NCBI GenBank assembly: GCA_963719515.1
Contig: CAVRCJ010000001.1
Span: forward strand, 301,079 to 365,078
DNA: 64,000 bases
Reading direction: 5' to 3'
Source: an uncultured cyanobacterium
Lineage (GTDB): Bacteria > Cyanobacteriota > Cyanobacteriia > CAKZMO01
A model generated the notes under the pieces. That model did not search any database, had not been told where the DNA came from, and saw nothing but the letters and a program-made list of their open reading frames with translations. A program made the translations under genes and the position numbers. Below are positions 18,523 to 27,666 of the stretch, in pieces; within the stretch, counting starts at the first letter, position 1; each line of letters begins with the position of its first letter.

Positions 18523-20805
18523 CTAACGCTCTACGACTTCAATAACTGTCGAGAAAACAGCAATCGCATCCGTGCTGATAGGCGTTTGGTCTTCAGCCAT
18601 TGGCACCAAATCGAGACTTGCAGCGCTGCGGGAAACATCGCCCACATCGCCGAGTAAGCTATCCAAAATATCCAGCTCCTCCCCACGTAGCCCAACTGCC
18701 CCTCGCTTCTGGCCGCCCCGCTCAGCGATCGCCTTCAGCCCCCGTAAGGCGCGATTGAGCGGCTGACGGCTGACCAAGGTAAGCAATTCAACAAAGCCGC
18801 TGCCGCTCAATCGCAGCTCAACCTCATCCTCTTGGCGCGGAACGACTAGCTCCTCGCCTGGGGCGATTAGGGCCGCTTCTGCCGGTGCGTCCCAATTGGC
18901 AGGATGAAGAACGACAATGTCGCCGCTGCCAGCAATGGCGATCGCGCTCAGATAAACGTCGGTGTCCTCATCATTGCGTACGCGAATTTTGACGTTCTCC
19001 CCCGCCTGAAAGGCCTGGGCCGCGATCGCAGCCTGGAAGCCCCGCCCTGCGGCCTGTGCCCCCCGACTGGCAATGGGAATCGCAGACCCCCGCCCGCCCT
19101 CTGCAAACAGCTCTCCGCTAATGTTGAGGTTCGAGGCCGTGGATGCCATCTCCTGCAAAACCTTGGCGACCAATAGTGACTTCAAACGGTCCCCAAGTCG
19201 GCTGATGGCGGCAGTGATAGATTCCCCAACAGGCCCTTCAGACTCAGACACGTACTCAGAAAAGTCGGGGGCAAATAGCGCTAGCGTCCCTAAGGGCGGT
19301 TGCTCGACGGCTCCAGCCTCATCCATCAGCTGACGAATGTCTTCAGTAGTGCGGGCTAGATTAAACGCTACGTCGGCCTGGGTGGTTACCGGTTCAGCCG
19401 TGACGCGACGCTGAAGCGCTGAGCGGATAGCGGTCTCAGCCTCTGCACTCTCTTCGCTAAGGGACTCATGCAGGCCAATGCGCAGGGTGGGGTCGGGAAT
19501 CGCCAACACCTGCTCCCGCAGCAGCATGCCTTCCGTGACAGTGAAGGACTCTCCCTCGACAAGGCCAGCCGTCCCGAGCAGACCGTTTCGTCTCGAAAGC
19601 CGGAGGCTGCCCAGCGGCGCACCATCTGAACCCAGCGCGGTATAGATGGCGTCTGGAGCCGCCGCCTCTAGGTTTTGATACGCCGTGCCACCGAACCAAA
19701 CTTCGATTTCAGGGCCGGAAGCAGTGGGTGTTGTTGTTCTAACGACGGCATCGGCAAAGGATCGAGAGGGCGCTAGAAAAAACAGGTTCGCCTGACTGTA
19801 GTTGCTGCCGGGGGCGTACTCAAAAATAGGAATCTGGGCGCTACGCTTTTGTGAGGTTGCTGCCGCTTTGGTGCTGCGGACCAGGTTGGTTCGAATGGTA
19901 TCAGCAGGTTCAGCGTTAGGCGACTGCCAAAGGTAGCTGGTGAGCAGGTAGGTGAAAATTCCCGATACTTTGCCCGACTCGTAGGGAAGCTCTAGGGCCA
20001 CCTGGTCGCAGCTTGCTGAGCCGATGGCAACTCCTTTGGAGATGCCGAGCGATCGCCGCCGCTGAAACTCGTCTGGCTCCATTCCCAGGTCTTTCAGCCA
20101 GCGCTGCTGATTCTCAAGCTCGGCCTCGCTGGCCACTAGGGGTACGCCGCTGCGCGACAGCCGCGACTGCACCGCTCGCGCCTGGGCCGTGCCCCGGGTG
20201 CCTGCCCCGGAGAAGCAGCTGTCGAGCACCAGGGTGACGTTATCTGTAGGGATGCGCTCAGTGAGCAAAAAGAGCGATCGCCCCATGATATCGGGCACTA
20301 CAATGCGATCGCCGGTTTGTCCCTCGGGGGTAATGTCTTGAGGCACTAGGGTACCGTTGAGTCCATCACCGCTGCTAGCCCCGCAGGCTTCAACGGTAAT
20401 AGGGTCCGGATCTTCTACCTTAGACCCATGGCCAGAGTAGTGCACCACCACCACGTCGCCTGGCCGAGCCTGAGCGATGAGGTGCTCCTCGAATGCCTGC
20501 AGAATATTGGCGCGAGTCGGCTCTAAGGCTTCACCGTCGGCGACCTTGAGCACGTCGCTGGGGTTGAAGCCGTAGCGATGGACGAGCAGCTGGTACTGCA
20601 TCTCAATATCCGTCAGGCAGCCTGAAAGAGTTGGGACGCTAGAGTCAGGGTAGTTGTTGATGCCGATAAGCAGAGCGAGCTTACGCGGCGTGGACTGGGC
20701 CACAGCGCGGTTGAACCGGCTGGCCTGCTGCAAAAAGCCTGCTTGGCTAAGGCCGATGGCTCCGAGGGCGGAACCGGTAAATTGGAGGAAGTGGCGACGC
20801 TTCAT
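18523..20805 (-). CDS. Caspase-family (C14 ortho/metacaspase) protease with Tat signal and C-terminal DUF4384-like domain
   Basis: MKRRHFLQ Tat signal; KLALLIGINNY; catalytic HYSGHGS and VLDSCFSG intact. Confidence 0.9.
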   Translation of the reverse strand: MKRRHFLQFTGSALGAIGLSQAGFLQQASRFNRAVAQSTPRKLALLIGINNYPDSSVPTLSGCLTDIEMQYQLLVHRYGFNPSDVLKVADGEALEPTRANILQAFEEHLIAQARPGDVVVVHYSGHGSKVEDPDPITVEACGASSGDGLNGTLVPQDITPEGQTGDRIVVPDIMGRSLFLLTERIPTDNVTLVLDSCFSGAGTRGTAQARAVQSRLSRSGVPLVASEAELENQQRWLKDLGMEPDEFQRRRSLGISKGVAIGSASCDQVALELPYESGKVSGIFTYLLTSYLWQSPNAEPADTIRTNLVRSTKAAATSQKRSAQIPIFEYAPGSNYSQANLFFLAPSRSFADAVVRTTTPTASGPEIEVWFGGTAYQNLEAAAPDAIYTALGSDGAPLGSLRLSRRNGLLGTAGLVEGESFTVTEGMLLREQVLAIPDPTLRIGLHESLSEESAEAETAIRSALQRRVTAEPVTTQADVAFNLARTTEDIRQLMDEAGAVEQPPLGTLALFAPDFSEYVSESEGPVGESITAAISRLGDRLKSLLVAKVLQEMASTASNLNISGELFAEGGRGSAIPIASRGAQAAGRGFQAAIAAQAFQAGENVKIRVRNDEDTDVYLSAIAIAGSGDIVVLHPANWDAPAEAALIAPGEELVVPRQEDEVELRLSGSGFVELLTLVSRQPLNRALRGLKAIAERGGQKRGAVGLRGEELDILDSLLGDVGDVSRSAASLDLVPMAEDQTPISTDAIAVFSTVIEVVER

Positions 20806-20838
20806 AGGATAAATCGTTGAAGTAGGGCTGATTACGGC

Positions 20839-21741
20839 TTATTGGGCAAGAATGTCTTGGAGCTTGGCTGAGAGACGCGAGAGATCCACGGCGTAGTTGA
20901 CAACTCCGGCATTGGCCTCTCCTGCAGTAAACTCCGCTGAATTCAAGGCAACGATCGCCGGTTCGCCTTCTACAAAGCCAAGAATTGGTCCCCCCGAAGA
21001 GCCGCTAAAGGTATCGCAGTTGTGGCGCAAAAACTCGTCTTCGGCGCTGCCCAAGATGCTGCATCCGTCGTGGACGCTGGCTGTCATGCCGGGATTATCC
21101 GCTGGAAAGTCACCGGAGTAACCTACAAGGATGTACTGCTCAGGGTTGTCAAGTAAGACCGACAGCGGCAGCACCTTCCAGGCTACGGTGCCGTAGCGCT
21201 CTCCTAAGGGCTGGTCTAGCTTGATGAAGGCCCAATCGTCGGGGTGGGGTGGCTGGGGGCGATCGCGAAAGTCTGTACCCGGCAATACTTCAACAGCGTT
21301 TGCGATGTCATCCTGCGACAGGATTTCGCCATTGATGACGTTGGGCGCAAACTTAATGTCGCTGTAGAACTCGTGGGTTTCTGGGTCGACAACGCAGTGA
21401 GCGTTGGTCAGCACGATGTCAGTCTCAACCAGGGTGCCGCTGCAGTGACCGCTGCCGTCTGCGGTCTGAAAGTCGACCCGCCCAATAGCGGACCAAGGGT
21501 GACTGCGGCTAGTCATCACCACGCGATCGTCCCGCTGACCAATGACGCCTCGGCTCCCGCCTTCAGTAGGGCTGCGGGCCTGCCCGAGTCCTTCTGGAAC
21601 GAACGTCGTGGGGTCGGGGTCAAGGTTGAGTGAGCTGTCTAGGCTGGGCTGGGCCTGCACGGCGGCGAGACCGGCAAGGGCGGCTCCGGTGAAACCGGCG
21701 ATCGCCAACAATACGTTGGTGGGTAGGCGATGATGAGTCAT
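20839..21741 (-). CDS. Secreted trypsin-like (V8/S1B) serine protease
   Basis: Signal peptide ending VQA; triad LTNAHC / DWAFIKL / GSSGGP; VIGxxDDR mature N-terminus motif; ATG 21741 preferred. Confidence 0.9.
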   Translation of the reverse strand: MTHHRLPTNVLLAIAGFTGAALAGLAAVQAQPSLDSSLNLDPDPTTFVPEGLGQARSPTEGGSRGVIGQRDDRVVMTSRSHPWSAIGRVDFQTADGSGHCSGTLVETDIVLTNAHCVVDPETHEFYSDIKFAPNVINGEILSQDDIANAVEVLPGTDFRDRPQPPHPDDWAFIKLDQPLGERYGTVAWKVLPLSVLLDNPEQYILVGYSGDFPADNPGMTASVHDGCSILGSAEDEFLRHNCDTFSGSSGGPILGFVEGEPAIVALNSAEFTAGEANAGVVNYAVDLSRLSAKLQDILAQ

Positions 21742-22071
21742 GGTGGTGTTGAACAGGGGCAAAGAACGGTATGCGTAAAAATGGCTCAGTTGACGTTGCG
21801 AATCAAGGTGAACGCGGCCCAAAGACGCGGGTTGGGTGCTGCTCTATGGTGGTGAGCATGGTCTGCCGTAAGGCTTGGGCTTTGTCCACAGGGTTGTCGG
21901 GGTCTTGTCACAGGCAGTAGAACTGCGGTTGCCTACGGAACTTCGAGCTTTCAGCCGCTTGAACTGTCACAAGCAACCGCGCCAACGCAATAGATCTCAA
22001 CTAATTTTCCTTAGAAGAGGATACCGCAGCCACCCGACCCCTGGCGTCAGTGTTACAGAATTGTGAACAGC

Positions 22072-22929
22072 TCAAATCCGCGCCTGCTGCCGCTGCCGAA
22101 TTGCATCGATATTCTCCTGAGCCTCCGCCAAATTCGGGTTCAGCGTCAGGGTTCGCTCAAACGCCGCGATCGCCTCCTCATTTCGCTCCAGCGCCATCAG
22201 CACCACGCCCTTGTAATACCAGCCGCTCACATTGCTAGCGTTGAGCTGCAGCACCCGCTCAAACGATAGTAGCGCCGTCTCCAGCTGCCCCAACTGCCCC
22301 GCCATTCTGCCCCGGTTTAGCCAAGCCCGCTCGAAGCTGGGGTTTAGCGTCACGGCTTTGTCGTAGGCCGCGAAGGCGTCCTCATAGCGCTCTAGCCGGG
22401 TGAGCGTAATCCCCTGGTGGAACCACGCGTCGGCGTTGTCGGGATTGAGGGCGATCGCCTCCGCGTAGGCCCCTAGGGCCTCTTGGGGGCGACCCGCATC
22501 GTCGAGGGAAATGCCCAGCCAAATCCAGGCGTATTGGTGGCTGCTGTCGAGGGTGGTTGCCTGTTTGAGGGACGCGATCGCTTCCTCGTAGCGCTCTAAG
22601 TGATACAGCGCGTAGCCTTTGCCGACGTGGGCTGGGGCGTGGGCTGCATTGAGGGCAATCGCTTCTTCAAAGGCGGCGATCGCGTCGGTATAGCGGCCTG
22701 CATCAATTGCGGCAATGCCCTGGTCCATCCAAGTTTGGAGGGTATCGGCGGTCTTCTGGGAAATGACTATGGGTGAGGCAAACTGCTGAGGGGTGGTGGT
22801 CGTTGGCACAGCTGCTAAGGAGCTAGGCCGATCCTGAAGCCCCATCGCCACGCTTTTAGGCGATGCGCCCAGCGTCAAGCTGGCCGTAGTGGATAGGAGT
22901 AATCCGATTCCGAGCTGAGTAATACGCAT
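22072..22929 (-). CDS. Secreted TPR protein (34-aa TPRs)
   Basis: Signal peptide; about 6 repeats like AWFHQGITLTRLERYEDAFAAYDKAVTLNP. Confidence 0.88.
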   Translation of the reverse strand: MRITQLGIGLLLSTTASLTLGASPKSVAMGLQDRPSSLAAVPTTTTPQQFASPIVISQKTADTLQTWMDQGIAAIDAGRYTDAIAAFEEAIALNAAHAPAHVGKGYALYHLERYEEAIASLKQATTLDSSHQYAWIWLGISLDDAGRPQEALGAYAEAIALNPDNADAWFHQGITLTRLERYEDAFAAYDKAVTLNPSFERAWLNRGRMAGQLGQLETALLSFERVLQLNASNVSGWYYKGVVLMALERNEEAIAAFERTLTLNPNLAEAQENIDAIRQRQQARI

Positions 22930-23013
22930 TGTTGTTGTCCTCGGTTAAGTCAATAGAAAATGCTGTGCTCTGCTGAAACGTACGTCTCGCTGTGAGAGAC
23001 CTATGGGATTTTT

Positions 23014-23066
23014 GGCGTTGCTGATTTTGGGTATGCATTTTGTAGGGACATGGCAGTGCCATGTAC
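23014..23066. repeat. REP-like palindromic repeat (inverted copy at 52978-53034)
   Basis: gtagggacatggcagtgccatgtac palindrome plus flank; ~53 bp match with few mismatches to the second copy. Confidence 0.75.
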
Positions 23067-23114
23067 TTGTTTAGCGTCCTGGAAGCCCCTATCCCTAGCC
23101 CTTCCCTCAGAATT

Positions 23115-23359
23115 GATACCGCTGGCGAATTTCATGTCTTGTTACATCTCGGCTATTTCTTGCCCCGGAGAAGGCCCCCTTTTCTGGTATGCCCGAAGGG
23201 CTTTAAGCCCCCAATTCTGGGGGACTTCTAGAGCGGTCAGAACTCCTTAAAGGCAATAGCCGCGAATAGTATGGCCACTGCTCCGGTTCCCCCAGAATTG
23301 GGGGTTAGGGGGCCTCGAAAGCGTGCAGCTCGATTACGAAATATTTCGCCAGCGGTATC
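23115..23359. mobile_element. 245-bp MITE inserted in a small dispersed repeat hairpin
   Basis: Perfect 15-bp TIR gataccgctggcgaa / ttcgccagcggtatc; flanking direct repeat agaatt at 23109-23114 and 23360-23365. Confidence 0.8.
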
Positions 23360-23458
23360 AGAATTGGGGGAAGGGAACCAGACTCCCCTCTCCCAGTATT
23401 GGGAGAGGGGCCGGGAGTGAGGGCCTTCGATACGCTAAACAGATACAGTGCCATATCC

Positions 23459-24940
23459 GAATGGCACTGACATAAGCTGTATCAGGCTGCCAGTTTAGCT
23501 TTGAGGACAGAACGCGGTTGCTGCATGCGAGGAAAAGGCTTGGGTCTGCGTTTGACCACTCTCGGTTCGTGGCGATTGGGGCGAAAGGGAACGATGAGCT
23601 GAGCAATCAGACGCAGCAATATCTGATACTGCTGGGAGCGTTGCTGGTGGGTTGCGCCAATAAATGCAGGACGGGCGTGATTCAGCTGCTGTCTTGTGCC
23701 CTGCAGCGACAAGCGCAATGCCGCTGCTGTTGAGTGCTCCGAGGCTTGCCACATCAAGGTGCGCAGCAGATTGTAGGCGAGCAGGTGCATCCATAGGTCC
23801 TTTTTGACTATCTGTGGGGTCTTGGCTGCAATCATCTCCATGCCTAGCGTGGTTTTGAGGTGCTTGAGGTTGACCTCAGTGGCCTGCCAGCGCTGGTGAT
23901 AGAGGTCAATGAGCTTGGCCTTTGGATAGCGTTTGGGATCGCTTAAGGTGGTCACCACAATGATCTCAGTTGGCCGAAATCCGCGCTGAGTAATCAGTAG
24001 ATGCACTTCCCTCACCTCCAGATACAACGGCAGCGACTCAAACGCTGCGCTGCTCATTGAGGCTGGACAGCGGGCGGGGCGCTGCCAAACGACACGGTGG
24101 TCGCCAATGCCCAGCTTCTTGCCTCGGCGAAAGTCGCAGCGGCGAGCATGATGCTTGCGAAACACCCCATCAGCACCAGCCGCCTGGACAAGCGCTAAGT
24201 CAGCATAGGTGCCATAGGCGGAATCAGCTACCACCACATCCTCTGGAGCCAAACAGGCATACAGTTGCCGCGCCAGTTGCCATTCGCTGGTGCCAAACGG
24301 AGCAATGGCCGCTTCGAGTACCGCCCCACTGTTCAGACAAAACCACACCACCACCCGGGCGATGGGAAACCCACAGCCGGGCTTTTGCGTACTCACCTGC
24401 GGATATTCCGCCTGATTGGCAGCAGTATCGCTCATCTGTACTCCGGTGCCATCAAACGCTTTCACCCGTCTGCCACACCAGTACTGCTCAACTGGTACTT
24501 GCGCGTGTAGGGCACTCGCGCTGCGCTTGAGTAACGATGGGAGAATCGCCCAGGGCAGCCGTTTGCGGGCTTTGCTATACCCTCCAGTATCCGATGACGG
24601 CACCGCCTCACCTGTCATCGCCATCCAGGTGGTCACCCGCTTGACTGCGTTGCTCAGGCTGCTGTCACCATCTATCACTTGCGATATCCACGCCCACACA
24701 ACCACCATCGGCGTGTAAAGCACTTGTCGATAAGTTACTTGGTGTTCCTCTAGCACCTGGGCAATTTGAGATTCGCTGAGCACCTGGGCAAACGGCAGGC
24801 CCAGACTGTTTTGGTATTGCTGCTTGAGAATTTCGGCTCGATTCGGCATAGTAGAGACAGTATTTTGTGGCTTTGATCCCCTGATTGTCCCTAATCATGG
24901 GGCTCGAAGCCTTTTTTTGTCTCTTACGTCAGTGCCATTC
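23459..24940 (-). mobile_element. IS4-family insertion sequence
   Basis: TIR gaatggcactgacataag / cttacgtcagtgccattc; 10-bp TSD tgccatatcc. Confidence 0.92.
23482..24849 (-). CDS. IS4-family DDE transposase
   Basis: AFDGT, VADSAY and YHQRWQATEVNLKHLK (YREK-like) motifs. Confidence 0.92.
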   Translation of the reverse strand: MPNRAEILKQQYQNSLGLPFAQVLSESQIAQVLEEHQVTYRQVLYTPMVVVWAWISQVIDGDSSLSNAVKRVTTWMAMTGEAVPSSDTGGYSKARKRLPWAILPSLLKRSASALHAQVPVEQYWCGRRVKAFDGTGVQMSDTAANQAEYPQVSTQKPGCGFPIARVVVWFCLNSGAVLEAAIAPFGTSEWQLARQLYACLAPEDVVVADSAYGTYADLALVQAAGADGVFRKHHARRCDFRRGKKLGIGDHRVVWQRPARCPASMSSAAFESLPLYLEVREVHLLITQRGFRPTEIIVVTTLSDPKRYPKAKLIDLYHQRWQATEVNLKHLKTTLGMEMIAAKTPQIVKKDLWMHLLAYNLLRTLMWQASEHSTAAALRLSLQGTRQQLNHARPAFIGATHQQRSQQYQILLRLIAQLIVPFRPNRHEPRVVKRRPKPFPRMQQPRSVLKAKLAA

Positions 24941-24950
24941 TGCCATATCC

Positions 24951-25370
24951 CTACTGCCTGCCGTTGGGTTTATCCAACGCTGCAAATTCATACCTTGATT
25001 TATTAACGCCTCTCTTTGGTTTAGGAAGGCTGCACCAATGCACGTCGCCCAATGCTCGCGCTAGGGTGAGTGCCTCTTGGTAGCAGCAGTACGCGGCCTG
25101 AATCTGACCCAAATGCCAGTAGCAGCTCCCCAGCCGCTGAAAGATCTGCCGCTCTGCCTGAAAGTTGCCCAAAACCGTCCACAGCGTCAGCGCCGACTCT
25201 AGGTATGGGGCGGCGTCGGCGTATTGACCTTGGTCATAGAAGGTCATCCCTGTGGTCTGTAGTACTAGGGCGCGGCTCTGCTGCTCGCGAGCGGTAGATG
25301 ATGCTAGACAAATTTTTTCGGTGACGTGGTCGCGAAGCTGGCAAAGCAGGTTGACTAAATTTTTCATCAC
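24951..25370 (-). CDS. Small TPR protein
   Basis: Two 40-aa TPR-like units (LGSCYWHLGQIQAAYCCYQEAL). Confidence 0.6.
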   Translation of the reverse strand: MMKNLVNLLCQLRDHVTEKICLASSTAREQQSRALVLQTTGMTFYDQGQYADAAPYLESALTLWTVLGNFQAERQIFQRLGSCYWHLGQIQAAYCCYQEALTLARALGDVHWCSLPKPKRGVNKSRYEFAALDKPNGRQ

Positions 25371-25553
25371 AGCTCTCCTAAATCTGAAAAGGTTCCTCTC
25401 TCTTGCTGATGCATACTTCTCGGCAAGGCAGACATATGGAAATCGTGTTGGCGCTTGCAGGCGTTTTAGCCTTCAGGCAAAGTTTCTGCTTCCATATCTT
25501 TTGCTAAACGAGAGCTATTTCGTAATGTCCCAAGGCGAACCTATAGGAGAGAT

Positions 25554-26033
25554 ATGATGTGCAATGCTGTGCTGCTTCACGTTTGGACGAGCGCTGCCCT
25601 GCCGCTGCTGGCGGTCCCCCAGGCAATCGCGGTGGATATTGGTCGCTATGTGGAGCATCAGACGAACAAAGCTGCCATTTTTAGCGCCGTTGGCGCTGGC
25701 CTGTGCGAGGTGGGTCATGTGTCTCGCGGCGTGGAGTGCCTGGAGCGATCGCGGGCTATCTACGTTGTTTTGGGCGATGAGCGGGCGGAGCGGCGAGTGC
25801 TGCTGCAGATGGGGGAGACCTATCTGCAGGTGGGGCGCTTCACCCTGGCTATCTGCTGTTTTCAGGAGGCGCTTGCCCTAAGCCAGCGGCTGGGCCGGGT
25901 GGCGGAGGTGGAAGCGTTACGGCTGCTGGCGATAGGCTATGAGCAGGCGGCAATGCCGTTTTCGGCGGCGGATGTGACGCAGCAGGCGGCGCTGCTGGAT
26001 GGCAGCGGCGTGGTGGATGTCCCAGTGCATTAG
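25554..26033 (+). CDS. Small TPR protein
   Basis: MGETYLQVGRFTLAICCFQEALALSQRLG TPR-like units; divergent from the previous gene. Confidence 0.6.
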   Translation: MMCNAVLLHVWTSAALPLLAVPQAIAVDIGRYVEHQTNKAAIFSAVGAGLCEVGHVSRGVECLERSRAIYVVLGDERAERRVLLQMGETYLQVGRFTLAICCFQEALALSQRLGRVAEVEALRLLAIGYEQAAMPFSAADVTQQAALLDGSGVVDVPVH

Positions 26034-26123
26034 GGCCACTGCTATATGCCAGCGTTGAGAGCGGCAGCGTTTACTGCACGGTGAGCCTGTAGTCACCGCG
26101 CAGCCTGGTTATCTCTACATTTC

Positions 26124-26501
26124 CTACCGAATAGGCCGCTGCTGCACCAGGTAGCTCAGCACCTGACCGTGGGCGGGGGTGATGTGGACCCCCTTTGCGC
26201 CGATGGTGATCAGCGGTGTCCAGTAGTGGCGCTGTACGTAGTCCAGCAGATGGAGGCGGGCGATCGCCTCCTGGACGCCAGCGGGGGAGCCGATGAGCAG
26301 GTGCCGCAGGTGTGAGTCTTCGACTGGTCCTGAAGGACCAACGCAGCCCGGAGCGGGGGAGGGCTCTAGCAGGGTGGGGATGTTGGGCTGGGCTTCTAGA
26401 GGTGAGTCTAGCCGCGTGGACTGGTCCGCAGCGAGCTGTTGGCGCACTGCGAGTTGGGCGGCCTCTTGAGGAAGAGACAGCGCGGGGTATTGAATTGTCA
26501 T
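26124..26501 (-). CDS. Cyanobacterial hypothetical protein
   Basis: LRHLLIGSPAGVQEAIARLHLLDY...WTPL pattern; GGAG RBS upstream of the ATG. Confidence 0.7.
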   Translation of the reverse strand: MTIQYPALSLPQEAAQLAVRQQLAADQSTRLDSPLEAQPNIPTLLEPSPAPGCVGPSGPVEDSHLRHLLIGSPAGVQEAIARLHLLDYVQRHYWTPLITIGAKGVHITPAHGQVLSYLVQQRPIR

Positions 26502-26926
26502 GAGGGACTCCAGTTTTATGTGTTGGGTTGGAGCCCCCCAAAGAATCTGGGCATTCCAGACGTGTTAAGGGCTCGGTATGACTCAGCTACAATCGACGCT
26601 AGGTCATCCAAACAGCTCACTCTGTTCTGGTGGCTTAGGGGCTGCATGTTGCTTGCGACAGCATGCGGCTCCGCCAGACCGACTCTTTGGGAGACTAGAA
26701 CCATGGGGACCACGGCTCATAGCTCCATAAGGTAGATCATTTGTGCGCCGATGGCAAGAGCCTTTTGGATCTTTGCTCAGGAGCGCTGCTACTGCTGAAT
26801 GGCTTCGTTCACCGCTGCCTGCAACAGGTCATCGCTCATCCCGTGTCGCTTCAAGCTAACAATCAGGGCAGAGACGAAGGATGCCTATAATCGAGAGGAG
26901 CGGTTGCAGCTAAGGGGACAAAGGCC

Positions 26927-27343
26927 ATGGCGGCTAAAGATAGGTTCCATCGCATCGTATGTATCGCCTTGGAGAAGGAAGGATGGACGATTACAGATGA
27001 CCCCTTATCTTTTCGGTTTGGAGGCGTAGATGTACACATTGACCTTGCTGCAGAACGATTCATTGCGGCGGAGCGTGGCGGAGAGAAAATTGCTGTTGAA
27101 GTTAAAAGTTTTCTTGGCGCATCAGTTGTTTCAGAGTTTCATACGGCGCTAGGGCAGTTTATGAACTACCGCACCGTATTACGACGTAAAGATCCGGATC
27201 GGGTCCTTTATCTTGCCGTTCCTAAAGCCGCGTATGATGACTTCTTCAAGCGACAGTTTACGCAGTTAGTAATTCAAGATTATCAGCTCAGTATTGCTGT
27301 CTACGATATTGAGAAAGAGGTGATTTTCCAATGGCTTCCATAG
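26927..27343 (+). CDS. xisH: XisH-family protein
   Basis: MAAKDRFH, GWTITDDP, IDLAAE, IAVEVKSF, ALGQFMNYR. Confidence 0.93.
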   Translation: MAAKDRFHRIVCIALEKEGWTITDDPLSFRFGGVDVHIDLAAERFIAAERGGEKIAVEVKSFLGASVVSEFHTALGQFMNYRTVLRRKDPDRVLYLAVPKAAYDDFFKRQFTQLVIQDYQLSIAVYDIEKEVIFQWLP

Positions 27344-27666
27344 AAGATTATCGGATCCATATTAAGCAGCTGCTGACTAAATATGGGAGCTATTCTTATC
27401 GCTACGGCGAAGTCGAATCTCAAACCCTATTCGATACAGACCATGATCATTATCAGTTAGTCCGAGTTGGCTGGGAAAATAAGCAGCGGGTCTACGGCTG
27501 CGTGCTTCACTTAGATATTAAAGACGGCAAGGTTTGGATTCAGTGGAATTCTTCGGATATTGATATTGGTGAGGAGCTGGTGGCGCTCGGTGTGCCTAAG
27601 CAAGATATTGTGATTGGGTTTCAGCCTGAGTATTTACGCCAGTATTCGGAGTATGCGGTGGGGTGA
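27331..27666 (+). CDS. xisI: XisI-family protein
   Basis: FDTDHDHYQL, HLDIKDGKVWIQ, LGVPKQDIVIGF; overlaps xisH. Confidence 0.93.
   Translation: MASIEDYRIHIKQLLTKYGSYSYRYGEVESQTLFDTDHDHYQLVRVGWENKQRVYGCVLHLDIKDGKVWIQWNSSDIDIGEELVALGVPKQDIVIGFQPEYLRQYSEYAVG

Noticed and set aside
26927-27666. fdxN-type excision element
   Set aside because: No XisF serine recombinase or interrupted host gene is visible
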